A stretch of 64,000 bases of DNA, taken from assembly GCA_965203295.1 (NCBI GenBank), contig CBDBCZ010000015.1:64001-128000 (forward strand), given 5' to 3'. The DNA comes from Nitrospirales bacterium. GTDB taxonomy: Bacteria; Nitrospirota; Nitrospiria; Nitrospirales; UBA8639. Within the stretch, counting starts at the first letter, position 1, and each line of letters opens with the position of its first letter. Position numbers and translations under genes: made by a program. The notes beneath the pieces are model-generated. The model worked only from the letters and a program-made list of their open reading frames with translations, searched no databases and was not told the origin of the DNA. Below, in pieces: positions 23,801 through 55,718 of this stretch.

Positions 23801-25669
23801 AGCCCTGGCCCCCGACACTATACAAACAGGGATCGCAGAGAACTTGCCTTCCTGTAAAATGAGCACTCAAGGCACTAAGTGGTGTTGAAGCTAGGCTCGT
23901 GGCGATATTACTCATCACATGAACAGTCGTGAAAAGTGCTCTTACAAATTGCAAATACTATTGACTAACCTGGCGTATCAAACAGGTACATCATTGGATC
24001 TTCTGATACCTATGATTATGAAGAGTGCACAAAGTACTCGTTATAAATGATAAAAATGCATTAGTAACACTATTGATCAACTTACTAAAATTCTAGACTG
24101 TACTGCCCTAGTCACTCCGGGAAGTGCACCAACCCTGGTAGCTTTTCCTGTACGCATATCCAAACAATGAGAGCTGCTAATTGCCTCCCACCCACTCATG
24201 GAGGCCTGGGTATGAGCCCGGCTACTTCTTAACATATCCTAGTGTACCATACCTTTCTTGAGATAATTTCTCCTCAAAGCATTAATGAGAGAAGACTTCC
24301 CAACATTTGGCATCCCCATCACCATCAGTTTGATTGCATTTGGTTCCTGTAAAAGTAGCAATGGACCCGCATGAAGGACTATGACAGTGGCAATGGGAGA
24401 CTTGCACTACATCTAATTAGACCCCACCAACATGGAACCATCGCCCATAGCAGCTCAGTTTTTTTTGTAGCACTTCATGCACTAATGTGTGCTCTAATTG
24501 GATATCTGGACAGGTCTGCCACTAACAATAGTTAGTATTCACTCCTACTTGTAAGCGGGATAGCAATTTCAACATATACAACGACAAGGCTTCCGCATTA
24601 ATTAATGCATGGTAAATTTGACCTACCTCTTCTTCTTCCTCCCTAACAACCTCAAGAATTTTTGACATTAACTGCAGCAAGAAATGACAACTTGTTCATA
24701 CACTCGATAGACTGCACAACAGATGGACGCATTGCTCAACCCAAAGTTTGAAAAGTCAAAGATAGCTACTCACCCGTGGAATACATTTGTGATGTTGAGC
24801 CTGACAGTTAGTAAATATTACCTCCTTTTCGCCTTGGCTCGTGAGTGACTGAGTGATGTCCTATCCAGGCAACAAGGAACACATGGGAAGGTTATTTTGT
24901 TTGTTTATATACATGTTCAAGTGCTTAGAACATACTTTCAATTTGCTTGTATCAGTCAGATCCATTTTGTTTAATACAAGGATCTTTGGGCACCTTCCCA
25001 GCATGCCACTGAGATTGGGATTTCGACCGGAGAAAGGAATATGACAATTTTAAGGAGAATATGGGTATTATTTTATTGTGGCTAACAAGTATGGTTTAGG
25101 ACCCACTGACCGTCATAGAGATTAGAACTAGAATCTGCAATATTATTGTTACAATAGTGCCGGAGTAGTGACAAAGTTTGAGAGAGGATGAAAGCTGTGT
25201 GAATTAAAGGGACTGAGAATGAGGCCTTGGCATCGCATGAACGTAGTATAAATGACCACCCAAGTACAAAGTAATGTTGCCAGGATATTGTCATGAATGT
25301 GCAGCAAAAGTAGCTATGCTGGAGGCAAAAAGTGACTACCCCTTGCACGTGGACTTCATTAGCAGTTCAAACACAACAGGGACAGTACCGTGAGTTGATG
25401 CATATTGTTGTATGTACATTTGAGGTCTCTAAGTCAGAGCTAAGTAAGTAGTAGGTCAGGATACTCTTGCATCGTGCACTTCCAGTGCGCAGTTGCATTT
25501 CTGCACTCGCAGTCCCATCTTCCTCATGCCTAAAAGTAAAAGGATGTAGCTACTATCAAATAGCAGGCTCGCAAGTAACTTTGTGCACAGTACCTCTGGC
25601 CATATGACCTGGAAACCAGTTTGCAACTGATAGACTAGGAAAATCAAAGCACTTTCTAAACCCTTTCAT
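20817..25669 (-). CDS. MTG1: Mitochondrial ribosome-associated GTPase 1 (RbgA/YlqF family, circularly permuted GTPase)
   Basis: About 12 exons: MKGFRKCFDF..NWFPGHMARG, LEVHDAR|IPFSGRNP, LVLNKMDL (G4), VMGMPNVGKSSLINALR (G1), VGALPGVT (G2), YLFDTPG (G3), ADYLLFILN and FLRQFRNGKLGHLILD; stop TGA at 20819-20817. Confidence 0.93.
21746..22188 (-). mobile_element. Non-autonomous Helitron/Helentron-like (HINE-type) element in MTG1 intron
   Basis: On the - strand it starts TAATTGGGCGAGTGTGAGCGAGCCCCACAC, has (CGTA)n, then the subterminal inverse CTCGCTCACGCTCGCCCC, a small hairpin AATGCTTTGCATT and a terminal CTAGT. Confidence 0.65.
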
Positions 25670-25895
25670 TTTTAATAAGTGCGCACTGCCTATTATTTGA
25701 ATATTATTATTGTCCTTATAAAAGAAGGACTTTGTTCCAAATACGGTTACGCCCCAAAAAATGTGGGTGGGGCTCGTTTGCATTTACATGCTACGCCCCC
25801 TTTGAACGCAGACGCCTTGTTGTTGCTTATTTTATGTACTATTATCTAAGTCGATTTCTGGTAGTGTGTGATTGAAGATTGAAGACTGAGCGCCA
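25670..25895. promoter_or_regulatory. Probable bidirectional promoter shared by MTG1 and dystrophin-like gene
   Basis: Start codons are head-to-head only ~226 bp apart; ACGCCCC and GTGGGTGGGG GC-box-like motifs are present. Confidence 0.5.
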
Positions 25896-36404
<10,509 letters not shown>

Positions 36405-36838
36405 AGAGATGAAGAGGACATCAAAGAACAGTCGTTAGCAAACAGCTAATTTAAAACTGCTTTTCAGTTTTCACCCCCAGCCACAATAGATCGAGACAGA
36501 TGTTAATGCCATCCATACCATATGTTGTTTGTACGTTAAGTGTGATACATGCATGTTAATTTATGTACCTAAATACCATCGAGCATAAATTAATTATTTA
36601 TAAGCAGTACCCACTCCTCCATGCCAACTTCCTGTAGTAGGCAGAGTAACAGTAGTACGTAACTGCCCATACATTCAAGTGGGTAACATCGCAATGCAAG
36701 TGCAAGGATTTAGCCAATACACTCAAACCAAAGAAAACCAAACACTACCGCAGACAGCAGGGGGGGGGGGGTCCTTTCTTACAATACTAAAGGAACAATT
36801 CCCTAGCTATCTGTACAAACATAATCCAGTTGTGCAAG

Positions 36839-44303
<7,465 letters not shown>

Positions 44304-44655
44304 CGTATATTACGGCGTATATGTACCGACATCAAATTCCAAATACTGCACACACTTCAATCCACTCTAAGCCCCTCCCACTTTGCATCTCAACATAATA
44401 ATTGTGCGTGCCCACATAGAAGCACGGTTCCGCGTCGTAAAATCGCTCGCAATCAAGTCGATGATCGCTTTTATACATTACCGACTTATTAGCGAGCTGT
44501 TGTATCCTACCGGACCATAAACGGATCTATGATATCTTATTATTTTTTACGTAAGTTAGTAATAGAAGATCCGTTGCGTGCTAATGACATTCCGAACCCG
44601 CTGGAGGCGTGCATGCGCATGTAGGTACATGCGCAGCAACCGAAAGAATTTCATC

Positions 44656-44759
44656 ATCACAGAACGAACAACTGAAGTATTATCAGCATCATACTCGTCT
44701 GAAAATAATCACAGAACGAACAACTGAAGTATTATCTGCTTCATTCTCGTCTGAAAATA
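44656..44759 (+). repeat. 52-bp direct duplication immediately upstream of RTK4 ATG
   Basis: ATCACAGAACGAACAACTGAAGTATTATC..CTCGTCTGAAAATA at 44656 and 44708. Confidence 0.85.
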
Positions 44760-44762
44760 GCT

Positions 44763-47700
44763 ATGGTAACCACAGAAGCAATTCTTCTGGTGACGTTTTA
44801 TGCTATAGCAGGTGAGTAGATGCACGTTGGGTCGATGAATGATTGAGAGACGATGATTTTTATCAGCTATAAAATCCACATTGATTTAAATATGTATATT
44901 GTGCATGCTTCCAGAATACATAAGTCTTACATAGGGGGGCTACTAGCTAATAGCTAACTGCACTTGTCTGGCATGCAGGTAGACTTGCCAATGCAGAATG
45001 TGAGTTTGGCACTAAGCCTATCGAACAGTCGACTTTCTACAATATTGGAGGACAGTATCTGGACCTCAACAATCCGGCAACATGTAATCGGAACATTACA
45101 TCCTGGCACTACTGCTACTACTCTGAGGGTATAACGGAAGATGGAGATTACAATGTCTGGTTTCGAATATGGAGCTCTGAAGATGGAACTACATACTCTC
45201 GGCAAAGAGATGACCTAATGAGCGTGCAGCTACAACCACAGACAAGCTCTGGACTGATTTGCAACAATTTTACATTGCCACAGCCGATTGAAATACTGCA
45301 AGGTGACATCATTGGTGTCTACATTCCCGATGGTAACCTTCCGAACACTCAACCTCAGACTCCGCTTCATATCACTGCTAACACTGCCAATGAAACGGTG
45401 TACAGTCTATATTATGATACAAGAATTAGGAATAGACCATTTAGACGGAACAATGTTGATGTGAATGACCTAATGGAGATGCGTGGGCTAGCTCTACATC
45501 TTTATGCCAACATTGGTGAGTTGCTATCCATGCACTAGTAAATGGTAATTGAGACACCATAATTATGCTGATTTAGCTGTTTATTCTCTCCTATTAACAG
45601 ATCTTGAGACCCAGGTCTCACCAACTGTCACACTAACTAGTCTACTATCACAGTCAAGTACCCAGCCTCATTCAAGTGCAGTATCAATGGTAGTCGGAGG
45701 TAGTGGAGTACCAACATCAGGCGGTAGTCTAAGTGCTGGAGCTATTGCAGCAATTATAGTTGTTGTCATCCTGGTCATGCTGTTGTCGTCGATTTTCATC
45801 ATTGTTGGGATTATAGTTTGGAAAAGGCGAAGACAAAATCTATCGAAGGAAAGATGGAACAGTACATTCTCTATAGGTAAGAATACTGGATATTCACCTT
45901 AATTAGGAATAAGAGATTGAAATGTGATAGTGGTAATATTATAATTATACACTCAATTAATGAAGAATCTGCACCAGCCTCTTGTGCACTATATGCCAGT
46001 TCACTGCATGTACAGTATAACCTATAGATTTTTGTTTAGACAACGCTGTGTATGAAGTTCCCATCCGAGGAAATGCTTCTCCATCGAGAAAGAAGAGTAC
46101 AAAGGGAGCAGAAGATTATGAGATTCCTATTAACTCAAAGGTCCTGGAGACTAATTGGTCTTCCTTTGAAGATGATCCAGAAGTGGATGAGTATGAGCAT
46201 ATGGAGGGAGGTGAATCCAATGCTCCAAGTGGAACAATTAGCGAACAAACACACCAACAGAACATTTATGTGGTATGGGGCTTCTGTTTGGATTATCAGT
46301 AACAAAGTGGTTTTACAGTCTATTGCCTTTTCTATAGGAATCAACTGATCTATTTGATATCTATGCATCTTTTGGGCCAACAAACTCAGAATATTGCAAA
46401 TATATGGAGCAGGTAGGTAAACTTAGATGTGTGCGTGGCTATACAGCAGTATATACTCATCAACCTCTAATTTGACATGTCAAGGTTGCTGTGAATGTAT
46501 GTTTCAAAAATTCTGGAAATTTGATAGTATGGCTAACAGGTCCATATCAGTCTTATTGAATTAGAATGATATACTTAAGATTTTACCGAATTTAGCATTA
46601 AGGTTGTGTGCAATTGGGAAAGACTACAGCGCACTGGTAATGTAATACATGTTTGTGATGCATGATGCATGATCTTCTTACATAGTTGATTATCCATAAT
46701 TGGTGTTTGAAACATAATCATGATAAATGAAGCTTGTCAAGTGGTACCTAGACAGTGGTTACATTGTATTTGTGCATGTCCTCAGTATCTGACAAGCTGG
46801 GCACATGCATTAACGTGCATAGTCCTGAACAGCTTGACCACATAATTAATGATAACCAGGTGCATAGCAAATTTGTGATAAGAAACCATGAATGAATTGT
46901 ATGTGGTTAATCAAAATGAGGCACTGATTGTTGTGTATATATTGAACACACAAATTTCCAGCTATACGCTACCATGTTTATACATAGAGTCTTTCAAATT
47001 GGTATTAATAGGCAACATCAGTAACAGGTGGTGATAAGGAGTCTGACCTGTACTGTGCTCCACCAACTAATGAGGAAGAACTCTATGAAGAACTCTCCAA
47101 CCAACGTATCAGAGTAATTCAAAGGGAATCTATTGAGTATGTTTCAATCAGTCAGTAAACAAAATGTTGTTCAAGCCTCTGTATTGCTACACGCACCTTA
47201 TGGTAGCGTGTTTTGACGGTTTAGTGGTTGCATATGTCAGAGCATGTTTATACAGTGTGGACTCTGTTTTCTCATATGTTCATAGTGAGCAACAAAGGAA
47301 AAATTTGGTATTCTTTACACTCTAAAACATGTTTCGACTGTTTAGTGGTTACCCTGATTTTAGCCGTTTGAGGCTTCTACTAAGTCTTGAGATGTGCAAA
47401 TGGTAAAAGGAGTTTCACGGAGGTCTGAAAGTATAGAAGTATAGTCTAGTTTCAGTAACATATAGACTTGAAAAGATGTACAAATTAATGATGCTAAATA
47501 CTCTAATTTCACTGATGTTTGAAAATGCAGAAGTTAGACGTCAATGAAGTTTGTGTGTATGATAGACTGTTGTTACCACACTCAAAAAGAGATGTACAAC
47601 TAAGAAGCAACATTCCCTGCTCAGCAATTGGTTTCCATAAACATCTGTAATTCAAAAAACCACTAAGTGGTCAAACATGTACCCAATGAGTAGAACATGT

Positions 47701-50097
47701 TATTAACACCTGCTCTGAAACTTCAAGAAGCAAGCCTGCAGCTGTGTAGCTAGTACACGTATCAGATAGAAGTCATTATGCCATCAGGCACGGGCCTACA
47801 AAATAGATTTCTCGGTCACTTTCAAAATTCCCAATTTAAATGGTCAATCTCCATCACTCATGCAGGATAACATCCCACCTAGGATCGGGCCAGTTTGCAA
47901 ACGTAGAGAAAGGTGTGTGGAAGAGTCCTAATGGCATTACACTGGAAGTTGCAGTAAAATGTCTGTCCAGTAACACTTCCTCGTTGGATAAAATCAAGTT
48001 TCTTCAGGAAGCAGCCATTATGGGCCAATTCCAGCACCCTAATGTTGTTCGGATCAATGGAGTAGTGATGGACAAGGAAACAGTGAGTAAAAAAAAAGAA
48101 GTTGAAATTGGTTTAAACATGTATAATGTTATCATTCAATGCTGTATAGCCTATGCTCGTAATTGAGTACCTGTCCAGAGGGGCCCTCCTGAGCTGTCTG
48201 CGTGAAATGAGACCAGAGTGAGTCAAAAACTGGGCTGCAGCATTTTGATATATTAACCAATAACCCCACATCCTACTTCCTTTAGAGATGGAGAGCTTGT
48301 ACCTGCAAACACTGCCCAGCTCCTCCTTACCTACTCACAGCAAATTGCTTTTGGGATGCACTACCTGAGTAGCAAAGCATTCGTCCACAGGGATCTGGCT
48401 GCTAGGAACATTTTTGTCTCGAAAGATAGCATGTGCAAGGTACAATCTGTTGTTTTTTGATTGTTTAGCTACAATATGGTAATGTTAATGCAAATAGGTG
48501 TATACAGTATGGCCATGACGTGAAGGGAGAGCCTAGGAATAAGGTATATCTACACCTACATCTCTTCAAATTACCCCCTTGGTATTGTACATGCTAATTA
48601 GCAATAAACGTAACAAACAAGAGCACGAGAGATATGACGAGCAACAAATATGAGAGATGTTAGAAAGTGCAGGCTCTATTTGAGCAGCCTATGGACTGAG
48701 CTCACCCTTGCTACCCATCATCTATGAGACCACTCTGCATGTTGAGCATTCCGAAGCGCCATTTCAGTAGGGCTGTGCCCTTGTTAGGTAAATTTTATTA
48801 TGTCAGTGCAGACCCTTATTTGCATGTACATTAAACAATTTGGGTAGTCAGTCATACAGGTGTTGGAAATTAGAGTGTCATAATCTTTAACCGGATATAT
48901 AACCTTGTATACTGATCATGCAGGCACAACATAGTCACCCAACCAAATAGTACTAGTGTCAGTTTTATACTTCCTAGTCATAGTCCTATGAGCTTTACCT
49001 TAAGCTTTAATCTAGCTATGACTTAGTGACATGCCTAAAAACCTAGCCTATACTCATAAGCCCCTTACTGTTGTATAGAGTGTAGTATAACCCAACTGCA
49101 ACATGCAGCAGCACTACAGCAGTATTCTCATCTTGCTTGAATACCCCTATAGTCCTTCTTTCATACCAAACCGTATTAACACCTGTTACTGTTTTCCTGC
49201 CCACACTGCTATGTTCACTGCAAAACAGATTGGTGATTTTGGGATGTCTCGGGATTTAGCAGATGCAGAATACTACGTATCTCAGGGAGGAACTGTTCCC
49301 GTGAAATGGACAGCTCCTGAGGCTATCTACTTCAGGAAGTACTCCATCGCCAGTGACATCTGGAGCTATGGATGCCTGCTGTATGAGATCTGGAGCCTGG
49401 GGTGCAAGCCTTTCAAAGGCTACTCTCACACTGAGGTGAAATAGCTAGTATACATTTGCACATGACAGTAAATCTGGAACTGCATGACTGTGCCTTTATG
49501 TTTGATGTTGCGTAGGTTTTGCAAAAGTTAGATTCTGGATTCCGTCTTCCTCCTCCACCTGGATGCCCACGAGTTATCTATGAACTCATGATCAAGTGCT
49601 GGTACGTTATTAAATGTATGCATACACATATATTAGATGCCATATTACTCACTGTTATTCTCCATAGGCACCACACCCCGTCTTTGCGCTCAAACTTCAG
49701 AGACCTCCTAGCTGTATTGGTGGATGATAAGGATGCGGTTCTCAACATACCAGTGGATGATGCTTCCACTAATGAGTATGCCAGCACCTTGGGAGCCAGC
49801 CTTGAAGCTGGGAAGGGCATGTATACCAACCTGCAGCAGGTGTACCTTTCAACTTCAACTGGAGATGTTGGCTTGTCACTTCAGGAGTCACTTCCCTCGA
49901 TCTATACCGCCAGCTGTGACTTTGATGCTATGGAGGGCGTGACTGGGCTGAGAGAAAATATCGATCAACAGGAAAATATATACGATGAGGTTACGGAGAC
50001 CTCTACCCTTCCCCGTCCTGGACAAACAGTAGATGACATTTACAGTGAAATCAATGATCAAGTTGATCCAACTGATGTTGACTATGAAGATATCTGA
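44763..50097 (+). CDS. RTK4: receptor tyrosine kinase with orphan Cys ectodomain
   Basis: Signal exon 44763-44811, ectodomain exon 44979-45515 ([47 protein letters not shown]), TM exon ([31 protein letters not shown]), Tyr-rich JM exons. Kinase motifs [30 protein letters not shown] and [10 protein letters not shown]; tail ends VDYEDI*. Confidence 0.9.
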
Positions 50098-50743
50098 CGA
50101 TGAAAACTACTTATTCTGTAATCCTAATGTCAGGCAAATAATTTTAGTGTTTATGCAATAGTTGCACATCTTGATATACCTTCAATTAGTCGGTCATACA
50201 GAATGACTATATATTTTTAATTTGGTTTAAACAAACCTTGTATATATATTTTGTAGATTCTAGCTGCGTATCAGTTCAACTGGCTTGTATGTATGTAGCT
50301 GTTAACGATTTCACTATATTATTATAGTTGTGAAAAGTTGCAATGGTTGCAAGAACTGGAAAAGGGACTGGATACAAGGCCAGTTGTAATGTGGCACAGA
50401 AATCTGAGACAGTGTTATATACAGCTGTTCATTCAGTTAGCAGTGACTGTTGGCTAGTGCTACATACATATTAATGATGCTAACAAGATTAATACAATTT
50501 GTGGCATTAATCAGCCTACATCTTTACTACAGTGTTGTGGTTCAAACTTGGCTAGAGAAGTACACAATACTACAGTAATATACAAATAAGGATATGTAAA
50601 TTTCCTTGTACAACTGATGTCTGCCAACATTCCCATACCTGGAAGATGATACATCCTGAGTGCATGTGATCTCAGCTGCTAGTACGTAGTGAACTTTTTA
50701 GCAAGCAACATTGTACTATAGACTTCACTGAGAACCACTGAAG

Positions 50744-53700
50744 ATGATGAAAGTTATAGTAGTATGGATTGCAAGCATCACAGTACTAGGTAAGTTGAAG
50801 TATGCATAGCTACAAGTAAATGTAATACAGACTTTACTAACATAGCTATAATATTATAATAAAATATGCTCTTTTCAGTTGGGACAGTAAGTACTCAGTG
50901 CATCATTGGCACTTCAGATGTCAACCCAACTATTCCACGCGCTAACAGTGGACAGTACATTGATCTTCAGCATCCAGCGACATGCAGGGGTAATATCACT
51001 GCTTGGCATTTCTGCTACTACACCGAAAGTATCGATGCAAATGTATACACTCTCTTTTTTCGTGTGTGGCGGTCCAGAAATACTAATAACCTTGATCTAG
51101 TTCATGAATATCAGCAGAGTTCTGGAGTGGGCGATCAGTCTCAAGCAGGCGTAGTGATTTGTGAAAATGTGACCTTGCAAGTGTCAGAATACTTTGAAGT
51201 GCTGCCAGGAGACGTAGTTGGTGTGTATGTTCCATTCCTAATTCCCACTGTGTCCATTGTTGCTAACAATGCTGTGGGATCTCAACTGCAATTTGATACC
51301 AGAGAAAATGTTGAGGCCTTCACTTCTGACAGAATCCAAACAAGGGAATTAATTGATCTTCAAGCAGTTGAAATTCATCTGTTTGCTAGAGTCGGTAAGA
51401 ACATACTAACTAGCTGTACCATTACTTCACATTGTCAGTATGCATAACAATTGTTAACTAATTTTTTTCTCCAGTACCTTCACTGCCCAATATAGCTCCA
51501 ACAGCTAGTGGAAATGGTGAAGAAAATGGAAATAGTGAAGAAAATGGAAATAGTGAAGAAAATGGAAATAGTGAAGAAAATGGAAATAGTGGAGAAAGTG
51601 GAAATGGTGGAGAAAGTGGAAATGGTGGAGGGGGTGGATCTGGTGGTACCATTGCAGCAGTCATCGTCGTGCTACTGTTAGTATCAGTAGTCGCCACTAT
51701 AGCAGTAGTGGCTGTCATTGTATACAGAAGGCGAAGGGCAAAAGTAGGTGGCCAAAAACCGAATACATTCACTTCAATAGGTGAGTTTGTATATATAGTT
51801 AGCTACTAACTGCTTAGCTACTGAGAACAAGAGTATGAAGAGTGTTACATGTACAGTAATATTAGCTGACAGTTATAATTAGCTATAGTGCTTATAAATA
51901 ACAGATGGACATTAATTTTGCTTGTATTCATGAGGTTAAACCCCATGCACATAGAAACTTCTGCTTATATTGTTTCTTGCTCTCTTCATTATACTTTCAT
52001 GCTGCAGAAAACAAAACATATACTGGTAATGGTGGACCAGATCAAATAGCCCTGGAACAGCCCCGCAACAGCTGTAACTATGAGAATACAAGCATTACAC
52101 GCAGTGTTCGGGTTTATGACATCCCTAAACCCTTAGTCAAGTCACATCATCCATATGACGTCCCCAATCCTTTGTCCCAGTCCTTGGTACTTAGTTCCAA
52201 CAATGGAGAGAGTATTGGCAGCAGTGAACAGCTCTTCAGTATGGAGGGAGTTTCTGCACTGGTAAAGTTCAGCATTCCTGTCATATAATACGAAACACAT
52301 GTAGTTTGGTTGTTGTAGTGAAACATGCATCATTAATTGTTAATTCGATCTACAGGAGGAGAGTAGCCCATATGAAATTGTTTCTTTTGATCACTTCTCT
52401 GTGGAATACCACAAGCTTCTTAAGGAGGTGGGTGGTGTGCCACACATGCATAATGTTGGCACATGTACAACCAATACACTGTAAACATTATACTTGCCCT
52501 GCAGGCAACTAAAGAAACATACGAAGATGAGAATCCTTACAGTGTTCCACCTTCAAGAGAGGAAGAAATTTATGTGGTACTCTCAAAACAGAAAATCAAG
52601 CTGGTAGCAACTGAAAGGATCGAGTATGTCCACTAATTTGGGTGCATTTAGCCTTCTAGACAATATGTTCACCTTATTATTATTCAGTCGTACACATATG
52701 CACATGCAGTGGACCCCTATAGTCTATTGTCTATTGTGGTCAGTCTGTAGTCATGAGGCTGCAATATAGGGATGGCTGTAAAACAGAGTTCCAATATGTA
52801 TGTACATAGCCGGCTGTTGTATGCAGTGATCACATTACACTGTGTGAAGAATGCTAATGTATGGTGTATTACAAATGCTCTCTGCAGAATAACCGGACAT
52901 CTTGGTTCTGGACAATTTGGGACTGTAGAGAAAGGAATATTGAAAACCAACAAAGGTCCTGTTGATGTAGCTGTGAAGACCATTGGACCCAAGATATCCG
53001 AAGAAGATAAAATCAAACTTCTCCAAGAGGCAGCCATTATGGGGCAGTTCAAGCATCCCAATATCATTCACTTGCATGGGATGGTTGCAGCAGGAAAGCT
53101 AGTAAGTATACTATAGCGTAAAAGATTTGCCAAAATGATATTCAACCGCATTATACATTTCCCAGTTTATGCTAGTGCTGGAGTATGTAGCCAAAGGAGA
53201 CCTCAAGAAATACCTTACACGACTGAGGCCAGAGTAAGCGATAAACGAATCGACCACCACAGATGGTGTAATATGGATATTCACTTTTCTTTACAATCCC
53301 ACAGCCCTGGTGAGCTAGCAGCTACAAATATGCCACAACTCCTTCTCAGCTACTCTCAGCAGATTGCATTTGGAATGCATTACCTTGCTAGCAAGGGATT
53401 TGTACATCGGGATCTGGCAGCAAGGAATATCTTGGTCTCCAAGGATGGCATATGCAAGGTTATACTCCACTATATAATTATAGCTATGTATATCTCCTCA
53501 CTCACTCTATGATCCTCAGAAGAATGGTTTTGGGAGGAATGTGCATAACTAACCTGCATGCAAGCAGGAACTGAAGCCAACTCTTCCTGCAGTTGTGCAA
53601 TTAGCTACTTACGCATTTTTAGCTGTACCTACACTTAATAACATGACAGCTAACATTGTATATACATGCATGTATTTATATTCTTATATAGATTGCTGAT

Positions 53701-54812
53701 TTTGGCATGTCTCGAGACTTAGCTGATGAAAACTACTATGCAACCCATGGTGACAAGATTCCTGTAAAGTGGACAGCTCCCGAGGCCATACATTGCAGAA
53801 AGTACTCTACTGCTAGTGATGTCTGGAGTTATGGGTGTCTACTGTATGAGATATGGAGCCTGGGTCGCAAGCCTTTTAAAGGATGCACTAATGCAAAGGT
53901 ACAATCCCACAATTTGTAGGTATGTCGCAGAGATCTTATTTTCAAACTTTACGTTTATGGAATTCTAAAGCGATTCTACTGGCAAGCCAAACAGTATTAT
54001 GTCATATGGGTCTATATGGACAGACACACAAGCAGACTTGCATTTTGATTACCAGTATCAGACATATGCTACTCTTTCTTGGTTTGCAGGCCATCCAGAA
54101 AGTTGACTCTGGCTATCGTCTTTCTCCTCCACCTGGCTGTCCCAGAGCTATTTATGAGCTGATGATCCAGTGCTGGTATCTACAGTTGTCTGTCTCTCTG
54201 TCTGTCTATTGCCATATCTCCAATCAGTGATATATCAGATATTTAATTATCCTCTCTGCATGGGAAAAAGCATCTAGTATACATGCTTGAGTTTTAGTAA
54301 CAACCGATAGCAGTTTGCAGTGTCTTGCAGTATACAAGAGCTGTTGTTGACAAGGGGATTAAGTAGCCTGTAAAGTTGTGACAAATTCACCGCTGAACAC
54401 TATGCACTACCTGACTACATTGTCTCAATAGGTTGTGAAATGCTATACTTGCAGGTTCGCCATAATAATATTTTATGGCTAAATTCTTTTCACGCTTAGG
54501 AACCCAGCTCCCTCTTCCAGACCTATCTTCAGGGATATCCTGGAAGCCATGCTACAGGATGAAGCAAAAGTTCTGAAGATCCCAGTAGATGATGCATCCA
54601 CCAATGAGCTTGCTAGCATTCTTGGCTCTCCCATAGAGGCAGGAAAATGCATGTACACTGACCTGCAACAAGAATACACGCTGTCTGATGAAAAATTTGA
54701 CAAAGATTCAGATTATGAGTTCATCGCTGGTGAACTTGGTGAACCAGATGAACAGTTAGAAAATGGTGGACCAAGTGAACATAAAGCCGCTGACGAACAA
54801 ATTTCTCAATAA
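50744..54812 (+). CDS. RTK5: receptor tyrosine kinase with orphan Cys ectodomain and N/G/S/E-repeat stalk
   Basis: Signal exon 50744-50789, ectodomain exon 50879-51394, stalk/TM exon 51475-51780, JM exons. Kinase motifs [30 protein letters not shown] and [10 protein letters not shown]; stop at 54812. Confidence 0.9.
51505..51630 (+). repeat. Coding 18-bp tandem repeat (NGNSEE / SGNGGE) in RTK5 stalk
   Basis: AATGGAAATAGTGAAGAA units and variants. Confidence 0.9.
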
Positions 54813-55718
54813 TTTGTATCATGTACATTTATGCTATGTAGTACAATGCTGTATAATATGCCTTTTGTAGCCTAGAACCACAAATTTGTACTATGTGTGG
54901 ACAGAAGCCATAACTGGAAACCAAAAAAAGGATTATTGACATACTTTGCACCCTCATATAGTCACATCCCACACATCACTGTCATTCGCATCTGCATGCA
55001 TGCTCTGAGTAGCTAGCTTGTGGGAGACTAAAAGTGGAGATTCAGGTGAGTTTACTGGGTAGCTATAGCTATAACTACTGTAATACAGATGTGATACTCT
55101 CATACCATGCCAGCTGTTATAATAGTAAATCTGTGTTGAAGGAGGCAATATATAATATAACATAGCTATAGAGTTTGCAATATGTGCTGCATGGTCATGC
55201 AAAACCTGCATTCAGTGGCATTAAGGCTGCTGTTTATAATCCACTAAGTTTAGCCTTCGAAATACACTTACTTCATCAAGAAACTTAATAAAGTAGCCTT
55301 GTGTTGTTAGTATATCACAGGCTTCTTGATAATAGCTTAGCTGTTATGAAGCACTAGTTGCATGAATACAGCGCTTTGGTACAGAAAAAATTAAAGCCAT
55401 GATTGCATAAATGTAATGCTGGTTGTAAGTACAGTAATAACTGCAAGCTCTCTCTGCATGAGTTAAGTTCAGATCGATGTGTACTGAGTATCATTTTGTG
55501 AGTGCATACTGTCAGGACAAAACATTGCTACTGCCCCTCCTTGTCCATACTATGAGGCTTCATTGCACCCAAAAGAAGATTACAGCTATGTAGTGTCCCA
55601 GGGAGCTACATAAATGGATCAATAATTTAATGTGCTGTGTGTACACAGAAGTCCTACATACATTTTCTTCTCTTTGTAGGGTGTACAGTCATAGGCAGAT
55701 TGACTGAGAGACTTCATC

